Shown here: positions 1-10,674 of the stretch, piece by piece
Layout of the letters: each line of letters starts with the position of its first letter
Position numbering within the stretch: position 1 is the first letter of the stretch
Source: Asterias rubens
Lineage: Eukaryota
Direction: 5' to 3'
Length of the DNA: 64,000 nt
Assembly (NCBI RefSeq): GCF_902459465.1
Contig: NC_047075.1
Coordinates: 10,912,001-10,976,000, forward strand
The notes under the pieces: generated by a model
The model's database searches: none
What the model saw: the letters and a program-made list of their open reading frames with translations, nothing else
Told to the model about the DNA's origin: nothing
Translations under genes and position numbers: made by a program

Positions 1-104
1 GTTCTCAGTGGTGATCGATCTCCGTGCAATTTTGGTCCATGAATAAGTGGATGCATACTACTACTTTATTACGGCTTTTAACCAAACAGACATATATGAA
101 TGGC

Positions 105-270
105 ATGAAAAGAGTAATGACTCGTTATTTAACTGGCGTTTAAAACATTGCAGGGTCGTGGCAGTGCGATAAAGGCCCTCACCTTCGGCTCGTGCCTTTA
201 TCGAACTGCCACGACCCTGCCGGTTTCAAACGGCAGTTTAAAAACTCATCGCTACCCTTTTATTCCCTTA
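105..270. repeat. Palindromic MITE-like hairpin element
   Basis: Arm 150-175 GCAGGGTCGTGGCAGTGCGATAAAGG is the near-perfect reverse complement of 195-220. The loop contains CCTTCGGCTCG, and weaker arms extend out to TTATTCCCTTA (~270). Confidence 0.65.
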
Positions 271-483
271 TTTAAAGTAGCAAAGCCAAACGAAAAACGC
301 TTACTGGACTATACTGTGGCAAGCGGAACACTATGTCACTTGCTTATTATAAGAATTGTATCATGCTAACTTTTTCGTGAGCCACATTTTTAAGCAATAA
401 TATACAAAAGCTTTAATTTACACAAGTTAAATAAAGATTAATAATTGTATAACGGTAAACACACAACATAATCTGCCAACAAC

Positions 484-750
484 ACAATGATTGGTAATTA
501 CTCAAAATAATTATTTGAATAAAACCTTACTTGGTAACGAGCAATGGGGAGAGGTTGGTAGTATAACCCATTGTGAGAAACGGCTCTCTCTGAAGTGGAG
601 TAGTTTTCGAGAAAGAAGTAATTTTACACGAATTTGATTTCGAGACCTCAGATTTAGAATTTGAGGTCTCGAAATCAAGCATCTGAAAGTACACAACTTC
701 GTGTGACAAAGGTGTTTTTTTATTTCATTATTATCTCGCCACTTCAACGG
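484..750 (-). mobile_element. Truncated copy of the ~390-bp TTAA MITE family
   Basis: Reverse complement of the core of 868-1254 (GAGACCTCA..TGAGGTCTCGAAATCAA hairpin, ACAACTTCGTGTGACAA); the ends are missing. Confidence 0.8.
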
Positions 751-867
751 CCATCAAAACTATCTCGATGCAGACCTCTGAACGAGTAAAATTACTAAGC
801 CCTCGGTTAAAACAATGGACGTTTTCCCATTCACATGACAAGGTTTGTTGTCCTTTGTATGCCATAT

Positions 868-1254
868 TTAAAGACACTGGACACTATTGGTATTGTCAAA
901 GACCAGTCTTCTCACTTGGTGTATCGCAACATATGCATAAAACAACAAACCTCTAATAAATTTGGGCTCGATTGTTCGTCGAACTTGCGGGATAATATTG
1001 AAAGAAAAAGAAACACCCTTGTCACACGGAGTTGTGTGCTTTCAGATGCTTGATTTCGAGATCTCAAGTTCTAAATCTGAGGTCTCGAAATCAAATTCGT
1101 GGAAAATTACTTCTTTCTCGAAAACTACTCCACTTTAGAGGGAGCCGTTTCTCACACTGTTTATATTACCAATTTTTCCGTTATATCGTTACCAAGTAAG
1201 TTTTTATGCTAATAATTATTTTGAGCAATTACCAATAGCGTCCACTGCCTTTAA
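868..1254 (+). mobile_element. Kolobok-like MITE (TTAA-AG...CT-TTAA)
   Basis: TTAA AGACACTGGACAC ... GTCCACTGCCT TTAA; the same internal sequence recurs about 10 times in the window. TTAA target with RR..YY termini fits Kolobok, whereas piggyBac starts with CC. Confidence 0.75.
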
Positions 1255-1648
1255 AAACATAATTGGAAAGCCTTGGGAGGGTTTGTTTAAAGTGTGCCAG
1301 TCGTTGGTTTGTGATTGAAACCAGTGTTTTATAGTTATACATATACTTACCATACAGTTAAAGTTATCTGGAAAAATATTTTTTTTTTTCTTTCAAACAT
1401 AAGAGTATATGCTTATGAACAATAAACAATTTTTTTTTAAATTATTGTTTGTCACGATTGATATGTTGACAAAATAGATAAAGTTATTTGGGGGGCTGAC
1501 TCCGCCTACCCCTTTTGTGACGTCAATCGTGGCAGACTTTGCCTGCAATGCGTAGAGTAACCACACGTGCAAAGTACATGTACGGTGTAAGTTGTCAGTT
1601 TGTACGTTTCGATTTTTATTTTTTATTTTTTTTCTGCATTTTCCGGCA

Positions 1649-1920
1649 ATGCCGACCAGGTGTATTGCTGCTGGATGCAGCAAAACAATTAATGATGGGT
1701 TCAGGTTGCATGTGTTTCCTGCAGGTCCCAAGTACAGGCGGTTGTGGGCCGCGAAAGTCAGACTCACAAAGCAATAGACGTCCGGTCCGACGACTTTTTC
1801 AGCGCTGTGCAGCGAACTTATATAGTCGTCGTGCTTTCGGAATACACCACACATTTTGACACGAAGAGAAAAGTTATTCTGAAACATGACACCATCCCAA
1901 CAACTTTTCCAGGGAGGGAA
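1649..1920 (+). pseudogene. Frameshifted THAP zinc-finger (transposase N-terminus) remnant
   Basis: MPTRCIAAGCSKT..RLHVFP..RRLWAAKVRLT, then after frameshifts ..CSE[H]F.. and ILKHDTIPTTF, matching the THAP C2CH/AVPTIF pattern. The upstream leader (1480-1650) matches the reverse complement of 60235-60420. Confidence 0.7.
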
Positions 1921-2883
1921 GTCAAAGAAGGTACCTGAAAGACCTGAAAGACCTAGAGGAGCATATGCCAAACATGTGACCTTTGGTTTCCTACAACATG
2001 TAATCGTCAACAACATTTAAGAGTTATGTTTCAATAGCCCAAAATAGCTTGCGTTTAGCTAGTCATAACGCGTTTTGTCAAAAGAGCGTGGCAGTTCATT
2101 GCAAAAATAAAAATGGTTCAAACTGTGGCATGATCAATTTGAAAAATGTCTGATCTGTCAGTTAATAAACTGTATTGGTCACGTGCGTTATTGAACATAC
2201 CATTAGACCAAGGGAAAGTAAACTCTTACCTGAAGTTGTAAACGTGTTTCTACCAATGCTTACTTTGCACAGTTGAATCTCTGCTGAACTTTACAAAGTG
2301 GATAACTGGCGGCAACAACGACGAATTCTGTACGAGAAACAACATTATTAATGTTCAAAACAGTGCACTTCTTCACCAAACCGTACTTCCCAATAATCAA
2401 ATTTATAAACGAGATTAAAGTTGCGGAAGTTTCATACAACTGGAAAAAAAACCTACCGATTTGATATTGTCCAAAATTTCATCGAGTCACTATACCGTAT
2501 GAAATGGTCATTATACAGTTTACTAAGGTGGCCTGTTGCAACCATGTCATTAGTTATGTAACAGGATTTGGGAAAGTTTGAATTTGTTCAGACCATCCGT
2601 ACGATGCCAACCCTTTCAAATTAACACGAATGTCATTGATAACTGCATCCAGTAGACCGTCGGCAAACGTGTACATTGTATACCTAATTTGTCATATTGA
2701 TTTCATACGTTTGCTAAAGGTAAGAGCATTTCCAGAGGTTGCAGTGATATTTTTTTCCCTTTTTTCAGAACGATGTTTTTTTACACTGTGAAAGCGCAGC
2801 ATTTGTTGTACACAGGCATATATGTATACAGTGATTTAATAGTCGAGTCCACGAGTCATACTGCCTAAATGGTCATTGGTATG

Positions 2884-3579
2884 TTAAAGACAGTGGACAC
2901 TATTGGTATTTGTCAAAGACCAGTCTTCTCACTTGGTGTATCTCAACATATGCATGAAATAACAAACCTTTGAAAATTTGAGCTCAATTGGTCGTCGAAG
3001 TTGCGAGATAATAATGACAGAAACAACAACCTTGTCACACGAAGTTGTGTGCGTTTAGATGGTTGATTTCGAGACCTCAAGTTCTAAACTTGAGGTCTCG
3101 AAATCAAATTCGTGGAAAAAAACTTCTTTCTCGAAAACTACTCCACTTCAGAGGGAGCCGTTTCTCATAATGTTTTTCACTACCAACCTCTCCCCATTAC
3201 TCGTTACCAAGTAAGGTTAATAATAATAATAATAATAATAACAAATTCTTATATAGCGCATTTCACAATAACCGTATCAATGCTCTTTACATTAGTGCCC
3301 TGGTCATGGGGCCAATAACATCCCTGTAATGTTTCTCAGCTCCCTTGGGAGTATACAGCCCTGAGCTGCCTGTAAGGCGCTTGTGGCTTTTTCATACACA
3401 ATATCAACCTCTACCCTCGCAGGTACCCATTTATACCCCTGGGTGAAGAGAAGCAATTAGAGTAAAGTATCTTGCTCAAGGACACAAGTGTCACGACCGG
3501 GATTCGAACCCACACTCCGGTGAAGGTTTCGTGCTAATAATTATTTTGAGTAATTACCAATAGTGTCCACTGCTTTTAA
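2884..3579 (+). mobile_element. Kolobok-like MITE interrupted by a SINE
   Basis: TTAA AGACAGTGGACAC at 2884 and GTGTCCACTGCTT TTAA at 3579; the body is interrupted at 3219-3522. Confidence 0.8.
3219..3522 (-). mobile_element. 5'-truncated tRNA-derived SINE (Nin/Deu-like core)
   Basis: (TAA)n tail at 3219-3240, core CAGGTACCCATTTATACCCCTGGGTG, B-box remnant GGATTCGAACCC, flanked by direct repeat AAGGTT (3213-18 and 3523-28). Confidence 0.8.
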
Positions 3580-5157
3580 ATCGCACTTGTCTGATGAAAA
3601 ACTCAAAGGCTTTCACCTGTTTTTGAAAGAAACAAACTGAACCAGAACTAAAATTGTTCTTCTACCATGTTAGATTGACAATTTGTTGTGGAAAGTTTTA
3701 TTTTTTTTGTTTAAAGGGAGTGTCATTAAACCGATTTTAGTTTCGAGGCGTTTACAAAATAAATATGTTAAACATCTTGAAACAATTAAATGCCCAACTT
3801 CTAAACACAATGCATCGACCAATTAATCGAATAAGTACTTGCCGGCACGTTTACATCCCCATTTTTCGACGTCATTACGGTTTGCATACCCCATGTTCAG
3901 ACACTCCTAGTGTATATCCCAATATTATAATAACACTACATCTGTTGTGTTAATGAAGGAACTTATGTGTGTCGAAACATAGGCCTGTGTTTTTCGTATT
4001 TCAAAGCAGTCGCTATATATAGGCCTATGAACTTGTTGAAATTTGAAGTATTGGTTGAAATTTCAACTTCATTTAACAAGTGGTGCACGCTGTATGACGA
4101 AATATTAATTGTTTCAATGAAATCTGGCCGGTGTGTTTATGGAACTCAGTCTTGTAATAATTGACGCAATCATTAGCAGAACATTTAGTATTCGCTGGCT
4201 TTATGGCATACTACTGGGGTTGTTGTGTTTAAATGACTGTGTTGTTCCAAAAGAAAGAGGAACACATGAACAAACAATGGAAAACAACACAGCTCATAAA
4301 CAAACAAAAACATAATCAACAATGTATGCACGTGGTAGATATGGAACACCCTTCTTCAAATACCATTGTCACTAAAATTGTATGGGCCTACCTGATCATT
4401 ATATGCCTTAATGATCGTATGTTTACCCTCATTTTTTTTTTCTGTATTAGTGTGAACCATATCGCTAGACTAATGACAATTCAAGTACGACCCAGTTTGT
4501 TTGCTTTGTCAGAAGTTGCATAAAGTCCGGCGATTAGGACAATGGCTCGTTACGTCTCAGGTAAACACAAACAATGTTGATAAATTTAAATGGAAATTGT
4601 TCAAAATGCTATGAATCATTAACTCTGAACTATTAATAAGCTAATCGTTCAGCTTTCAAATGCTGACGTGGCCGTATTTTCCCCACTGCAACCGGCGCAA
4701 CATGACAATCGCCATTGTGCAATCTTCAACTTAGCGGACTGTGTCTTGTCAGACGCAAACAAAATCACAAATCAAAATACATTGCTATGAATCATCATAG
4801 TTAAACTGTTGTGGCCCTTTCATTATTTGGATTTTTTTAAGTGATATAGAGGCTACAGCAGTTTGTGTTTAGTGTACATTAACATTTAATTATCGTAAAA
4901 TATATACAAAAGGAGCATCAACTAATAACCGGTGTTCATTATTGAATATATTACAAAAGAACGAATATCAGGTAAAGTTGCACTTATAAATTAAATCGAT
5001 TATGACCGAAACATGTTTTTATAAAACTTGGTAATCGGAAAATGTTCTAGTTCGGGGCAACCGATTTGTTTTCACAATGACAACATTCGTCAATAATCTC
5101 GAAATGATTAGAATAGCATCAACAGTGATTGATTTATCAGTTTGTTTTACAATACAC

Positions 5158-5542
5158 TTAAAGGCAGTGGACACTTTTGGTAATTACTCAAAATAATTAT
5201 TAGCATACAACCTTTCTTGGGGACGAGTAATGGGGAGACGTTGATGGTATAAAACATTGTGAGAAACAGCTCCCTCTGAAGTGCCATAGTTTTCGAGAAA
5301 TGAGTAATTTTCAACGAATTTTATTTCAAGACCTCAAGTTTAAAACTTGAGGTCTAGAAATCAAACATCTAAACGCACAGAACTTCGTGTGACAAGGGTA
5401 TTTTTTCTTTCAGTATTATCTCTCAAGTTCGATGACCGATTGAGCTCAAATTTTCACAGGTTTGTTATTTTATGCATATGTTGAGATACATAAACTGTGA
5501 AGGCTAGTCTTTGACAGTTTCCAATAGTGTCCACTGGCTTAA
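5158..5542 (-). mobile_element. Kolobok-like MITE, complete
   Basis: TTAA AGGCAGTGGACAC ... GTGTCCACTGGC TTAA; reverse orientation of 868-1254. Confidence 0.8.
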
Positions 5543-6042
5543 TGATGATTTAAAAAGAAGACAACATATGCAAATCATTAAAACGTATTGACATTTAGTT
5601 CGAATCAATTCAAAACAACCTAATGCAACGGTGCCGGTAAACTTGTAATTAGCCTAAGCAAAACATTTGTACACGGAAATAATAATAATAATAATGATAA
5701 TAGCAATGATAATAACTTGGGGATGTTAAAATGTGTCCTATCAATCTCGGTGGCTGTGGCACATATTGACAAGAGACTTCTTCAGGGGCAATTAATCAGT
5801 GACACTGGGTTTCCTTTGCACACTTTTACAACTTCCAGAACGCAATTCATTACTTGAGCGTGTACTGATCCTTACAATACACTGGTCTGAATCATGACAT
5901 ATATTTGTTTCCACAACAATATCAACAATAACAATAACCAGTATATATAACATTTTATATAGCGCTTGTCACACCCGGAAGGCGTTTCAAAGCGCTTCCA
6001 ACATTATTACCCCTGGTCACTGGGCGTTAATTAATTCCTTAA

Positions 6043-8909
6043 AGGGACACACCGGCTCACCGTTTACCCACATTTAGGGGTGTATAATTATAAATACTGT
6101 CTGTATAGATGGTTGCTGTGAAAAACAAGTTATCAACATGTCATGTAATTATCGAAAAATTATTAAAAAACCCAAAGCGGTGAAAGGCCAGCGTATACGT
6201 GTTTCCAGTCGTTGCAACTGTCAAATCTTCGTGACATTGTCGCACAATGTTGCAAGTAGACTGGTGTTTTGTTTACAGCAACGTTTTACTATGACACAGC
6301 ATAAGGATCCAGTCTATCCATGTATTATAAACAACCGAAATAAATATACGGAGCAGGCAAATCCTTCGACGATGGAGGTAGACATTCGTGCTTCGACGTA
6401 CATTCAAAGATCGTCACGAAAAACACAAAGAAATTAACCCAGAATACGAAGGGACACTGACAAGTCAATAAAGTTTTTCTGGCCCCAATAAACTAGGCCT
6501 CCTACCGCATAGCCATGATGCAGTTTGAAATGCGATCGAGGCTTTTACGTGCCACGACGTGCCAGGACCCAGTTTCATAATGCCTGCATAGTGGCACAAA
6601 CATTTTGCTTAGCACAAAATAGTATTGCATAGCAGAAACTAATTACCAGCCAAATTTAAACTAAATTTGAAAACTTGTGTTGTGTCCAACTAAATTTTTA
6701 AATAGTAAAGACATTTTGAAAGCAGTATTTTCTGCTCAAAAGATGAAACTGAACAATGGACACTGTTATTCACAGTGAAATTATTTTTTTTTATCTCCAG
6801 GGAAGGGAATCTTGAGGGATTCAAAAGCGTCCTTGTGTGAATGTATTTTGAAACGTAAGCGTATATAGATGCAAATCTTGAAACGTAAGCTTAGCTTGAC
6901 TCAAGATTGAAAGCGTACACTTTGATTATAGCGTAACTGGAAGCTAACCATATATTTTTGAACGTAACCATAATTTTTGGAACGTTAGCATATTTTGGAA
7001 CAAAAGCGTAGCTGGGTATTTTGGAACGTAAACATAGCTGCGTATGTAACGTAAGCTTAACTTGACTCATAATTGAAGGGGTACCTTTAGTTATTATAGC
7101 GTAACTTGAATGAACGTAAGCAACACTTGGAATGTAAGCGTAGCTGACTAGCTTAGAATGTAAACGTACCTGCGTATGGAACGTAAGTGTAACTTGACTC
7201 AGGATTGTAAGCGTACCTTTTGGAATTATACCGTTAATTGAAGGAACGTGAACAAAAATAGGAATGTAAGCGTAGCTTGGAACCTAAGCATATCTTGGAA
7301 GGTAAGCGCAGCTGGGTATATTGGAGCGTAAACGTAGCTGCGTATGGAACGTAAGCGTAGCTTGACTCGGGCTTCAAAACGTACCTTTTGATGTTATAGC
7401 GCAACTTGAAGCAAAACTTGGAATGTAAGCGTAGCTTGGAACGTAAGCATATATTGGAAGGTAAGCGTATCTGGGTATCTTGGAACGGAAAAGTAGCTGT
7501 GCGTATGGAACGTAAGTGTAGCTTGACTCGGGGTTGAAAACGTACGTGTTGATATTATAGCGTAACTTGAAGGAAAGTAAGTGTATCTGAGTAGCTGCGT
7601 AGCTTGGAACGTAACCAAATAATACCTCAACAATCTCAAACACTTCATTCACATAATTAATTTTTTTTTTTTTTTTACAAAATTAAGCTTTGAGGGAATT
7701 TTGTTTTATCATTATTTTGGTTTCAACCTTTTATACAAGATTATTATTCACTTGTCTTTTTACGATAGGGGCTCCGTTTTTTGTTATCTTTTTTTCTTCT
7801 CCATAAACATTTGTTTAAGCTACTCACACAATAACGCTGTCAATGTAACAAAATGCGGATTTCCTACGTTTTGACAACATCAATATTTTGTTAATTACCT
7901 GAAAACTCCTAACAAAAAGTAATTAGGAGCCATGAAACACAACATAGCACTACAATGGAACGTTGCGATCATATGAAATAACGGAATCGACACGAGGTGT
8001 ACCGACTGACAAACCCACGATGACAAACATGTACTTTGATGTCTTGCTCCCAACCCCTCCCAAGCTCACGGCGAGACCCGCAAACTGGGAGTTAATAGCG
8101 CCCGGGACAACACCTCCATCCACCCACGAGACACGGCCTGTGCGGTACGTGATATGCCCCAAGGCTTACGTTCCGATTGCTCCCATGCCGAGGCGCTGTA
8201 AAACACGCTTCCGTTGCACGGACTCTCTTTACCCGCAACCTGTATACATAGTTTCTTTTGTCAAATATTCATGAATAATTGTAAGCAACAATTTGAAAGT
8301 TTGGTTAAGTAATTTGTTTTTAATTTATTTTTGTTACGGCTGGAAGTAAAACTATCTCCGAAGATCACGTGGGTTATCCGAACCAACAAAGTTGTTTTTT
8401 ATGCACGGACTCTCTTTACCCACAACCTGTATACATAGTTTCTTTTGTCAAATATTCATGAATAATTGTAAGCAACAATTTGAAAGTTTGGTTAAGTAAT
8501 TTGTTTTTAATTTATTTTTGTTACGGCTGGAAGTAAAACTATCTCCGAAGATCACGTGGGTTATCCGAACCAACAAAGTTGTTTTTTATGCACGGACTCT
8601 CTTTACCCACAACCTGTATACATAGTTTCTTTTGTCAAATATTCATGAATAATTGTAACCAAAAATTTGAAAGTTTGGTTAAGTAATTTGTTTGTAATTT
8701 ATTTTTGTTACGGCTGGAAGTAAAACTATCTCCGAAGATCACGTGGGTTATCCGAACCAACTTTTTTTTTTTCATTGTTTTGTGCGTTAAAACGGCAAAA
8801 TTTTATGGTTTCTTTAAGCAGCTATTCATCTCCATTTCTGGAAGACCTTTATAATCATGTTTTAGTGTAGTCTGTAGCCTAAATAGCCCAACGAAGCCGG
8901 TGTGTCCCT
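6043..8909. mobile_element. 2.87-kb non-autonomous Kolobok-like DNA transposon
   Basis: Perfect 15-bp TIR AGGGACACACCGGCT / AGCCGGTGTGTCCCT with TTAA on both sides (6039-42, 8910-13). No transposase ORF; internal ACGTAAGCGTAGC arrays and a 187-bp tandem repeat. Confidence 0.75.
8215..8761. repeat. 187-bp tandem repeat x3
   Basis: Units begin TGCACGGACTCTCTTTACCC at 8215, 8402 and 8589 and are nearly identical. Confidence 0.95.
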
Positions 8910-9429
8910 TTAAACCATTTCAGCTCCCTTGTGGTGAGAACGCAGCCTGTGCAACATGCGTTACTCGGCTGAATCAATCACAAGAACCATCTCTGCCCTC
9001 ACAGGTACCCATTTACTCCTGGGTGGAGAGAATTAGTTATAGTTAAGTGTCACGCACGGGCTTCGAACCCACACTCTGCTGAACAGAAGCACCAGAGATT
9101 GAGTTCGGTGCTCTTATCCGCTCGGCCATGACACCCTCGACGCCTGACCTGTCAGATTTTATACTATCTGGTCACATGTATCAATGAACATAACATAGAC
9201 CGGGTGGTGTTTTTGGCTTGCGGTAACACCTTGCTGGGTAGATAATGTTCCTTGATATAGTGTATTGCTGTAAATTCTTCTTCGTTTTGGTGTTACCGCA
9301 AACCAATTTGTTACCTCACCGTGCTTTGCCTCAAATCACAAAATATAATCTTATGGACGCACCGGCTGAATTGGGCTGTTTGGGCTACAATAGACTTCGA
9401 TGTGATTTCAAATGTCTTCAAGGAATTTA

Positions 9430-9898
9430 GCCCTTTTTTTGCATACAAAAAACGTAGAGTCTTGTGATAGTTAGAACCACAAAGTGGTTGTAATAATCAC
9501 ATTGGCCATCCGAGTTAGTTTCCAGCCGTAGGAAAACTAACTTGCTGAACTAAATTTAATTGTTTTGTTAACAATTATTCATGAGTATATAACAAGAAAA
9601 GACTATGTAATCAGATTATGGATACAATACCGTAAATAATGGTCAAAAATCGAACGTAAGATTATAACATTCAGAGACTCCGTGAATAAACGGAAGCTTA
9701 TTGTATACCCCCACGGCGTGGATCAATCGGAACGTAAGCCTTGGAGCGTACCGCGCATGCCGTGTCTCGTGGGGGCTTTAGTGTAAACGCGGGCGCTGTG
9801 AACTCCCAGCTTGCGGGTCTAGCCATGAGCTTGGGAGGGGTTGGGAGCCAGACATCAAAATACATGTTTGTTATTGTGGGTTTGTCAGTCGGTACACC
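9430..9898 (-). repeat. Diverged inverted partial copy of the right arm of the 6043-8909 element
   Basis: 9722-9898 is the reverse complement of ~7996-8180; 9500-9610 matches the reverse complement of the 187-bp unit. Confidence 0.7.
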
Positions 9899-10674
9899 AC
9901 ACTTGTTGAATCCGTTATTATTTTATTATGATTGCAACTTTCCAAGTTTTCAGGTAAAAGATTGATGTTTTCAAAACGTACACTGTAAAAAAATGGGCAA
10001 AAAAATGCCCAACTTTTTACCCAACGTTGGATCAATAGTCAACCTGTACAACATTTGGGCAATTATTACCCAACGGTCATTGGGCAATGCCCTTGCCCAA
10101 TAATTTAGCAAATAGTTTATGCATTAGTTGGATATACTTTTTTTACCAACTTTTGGGTTATGACAATTACCAACAGTTGTTGAAAATAATTGCCCACATA
10201 TTGGACAGACACTATTAACTAATTGTTGGAAAATGCACCTGCTCAACAGTTGGTCACTGATTTACCCAGTAATTGGGAACATTTTTTTTTTTGCCCAACT
10301 TTGTGGTAATGAAACTAACCAATTCTTGTTGAAATATTTGCCCATATATAGGGCAGCGCCTATTAACATCTACTCAACAGTTGGACACTAATTCATCCAG
10401 TAATTGGGAACATTTTTCTCAATGGTTGGGTCCAATACCCCATGGTTTCCCAGCAGTTGGGGAATGAAATAATAAGCAATGACACTTTGTAGTTTTGCAT
10501 TCGCCTTAAAAAAGGCATTTATTCAAACTCCCAAACATTAAAATACTGAACATCGAAGTAAAAGTGTGTGAAACAATGCACCGTTTTCCTTGCAAACAAT
10601 AAAAACAATGCAATGTCTGTATCTAAAACAACTCTAACACATAAACAAACTTTTGCTCCAGTGGGTCGATTAAT

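Larger units (their letters stand above)
5930..9135 (-). mobile_element. tRNA-derived SINE split in two (5930-6042 tail; 8910-9135 head/core)
   Basis: Removing 6043-8909 and one TTAA gives a continuous SINE (..CCTGGTCACTGGGCGTTAATTAATTCC TTAA ACCATTTCAGCTCCC..) homologous to 3219-3522. tRNA-type head GGTGTCATGGCCGAGCGG..GGGTTCGAAGCCC. Confidence 0.75.

Noticed and set aside
4543-4566. ATGGCTCGTTACGTCTCAG|GTAAAC as gene A's first coding exon
   Set aside because: No signal peptide or LRRNT, and it ends in phase 1, incompatible with the phase-2 exon at 17929.
7996-9898. Single foldback transposon with long TIRs
   Set aside because: The left arm lies inside, and the right arm outside, the better-supported TTAA-bounded element 6043-8909, and no TSD is visible.
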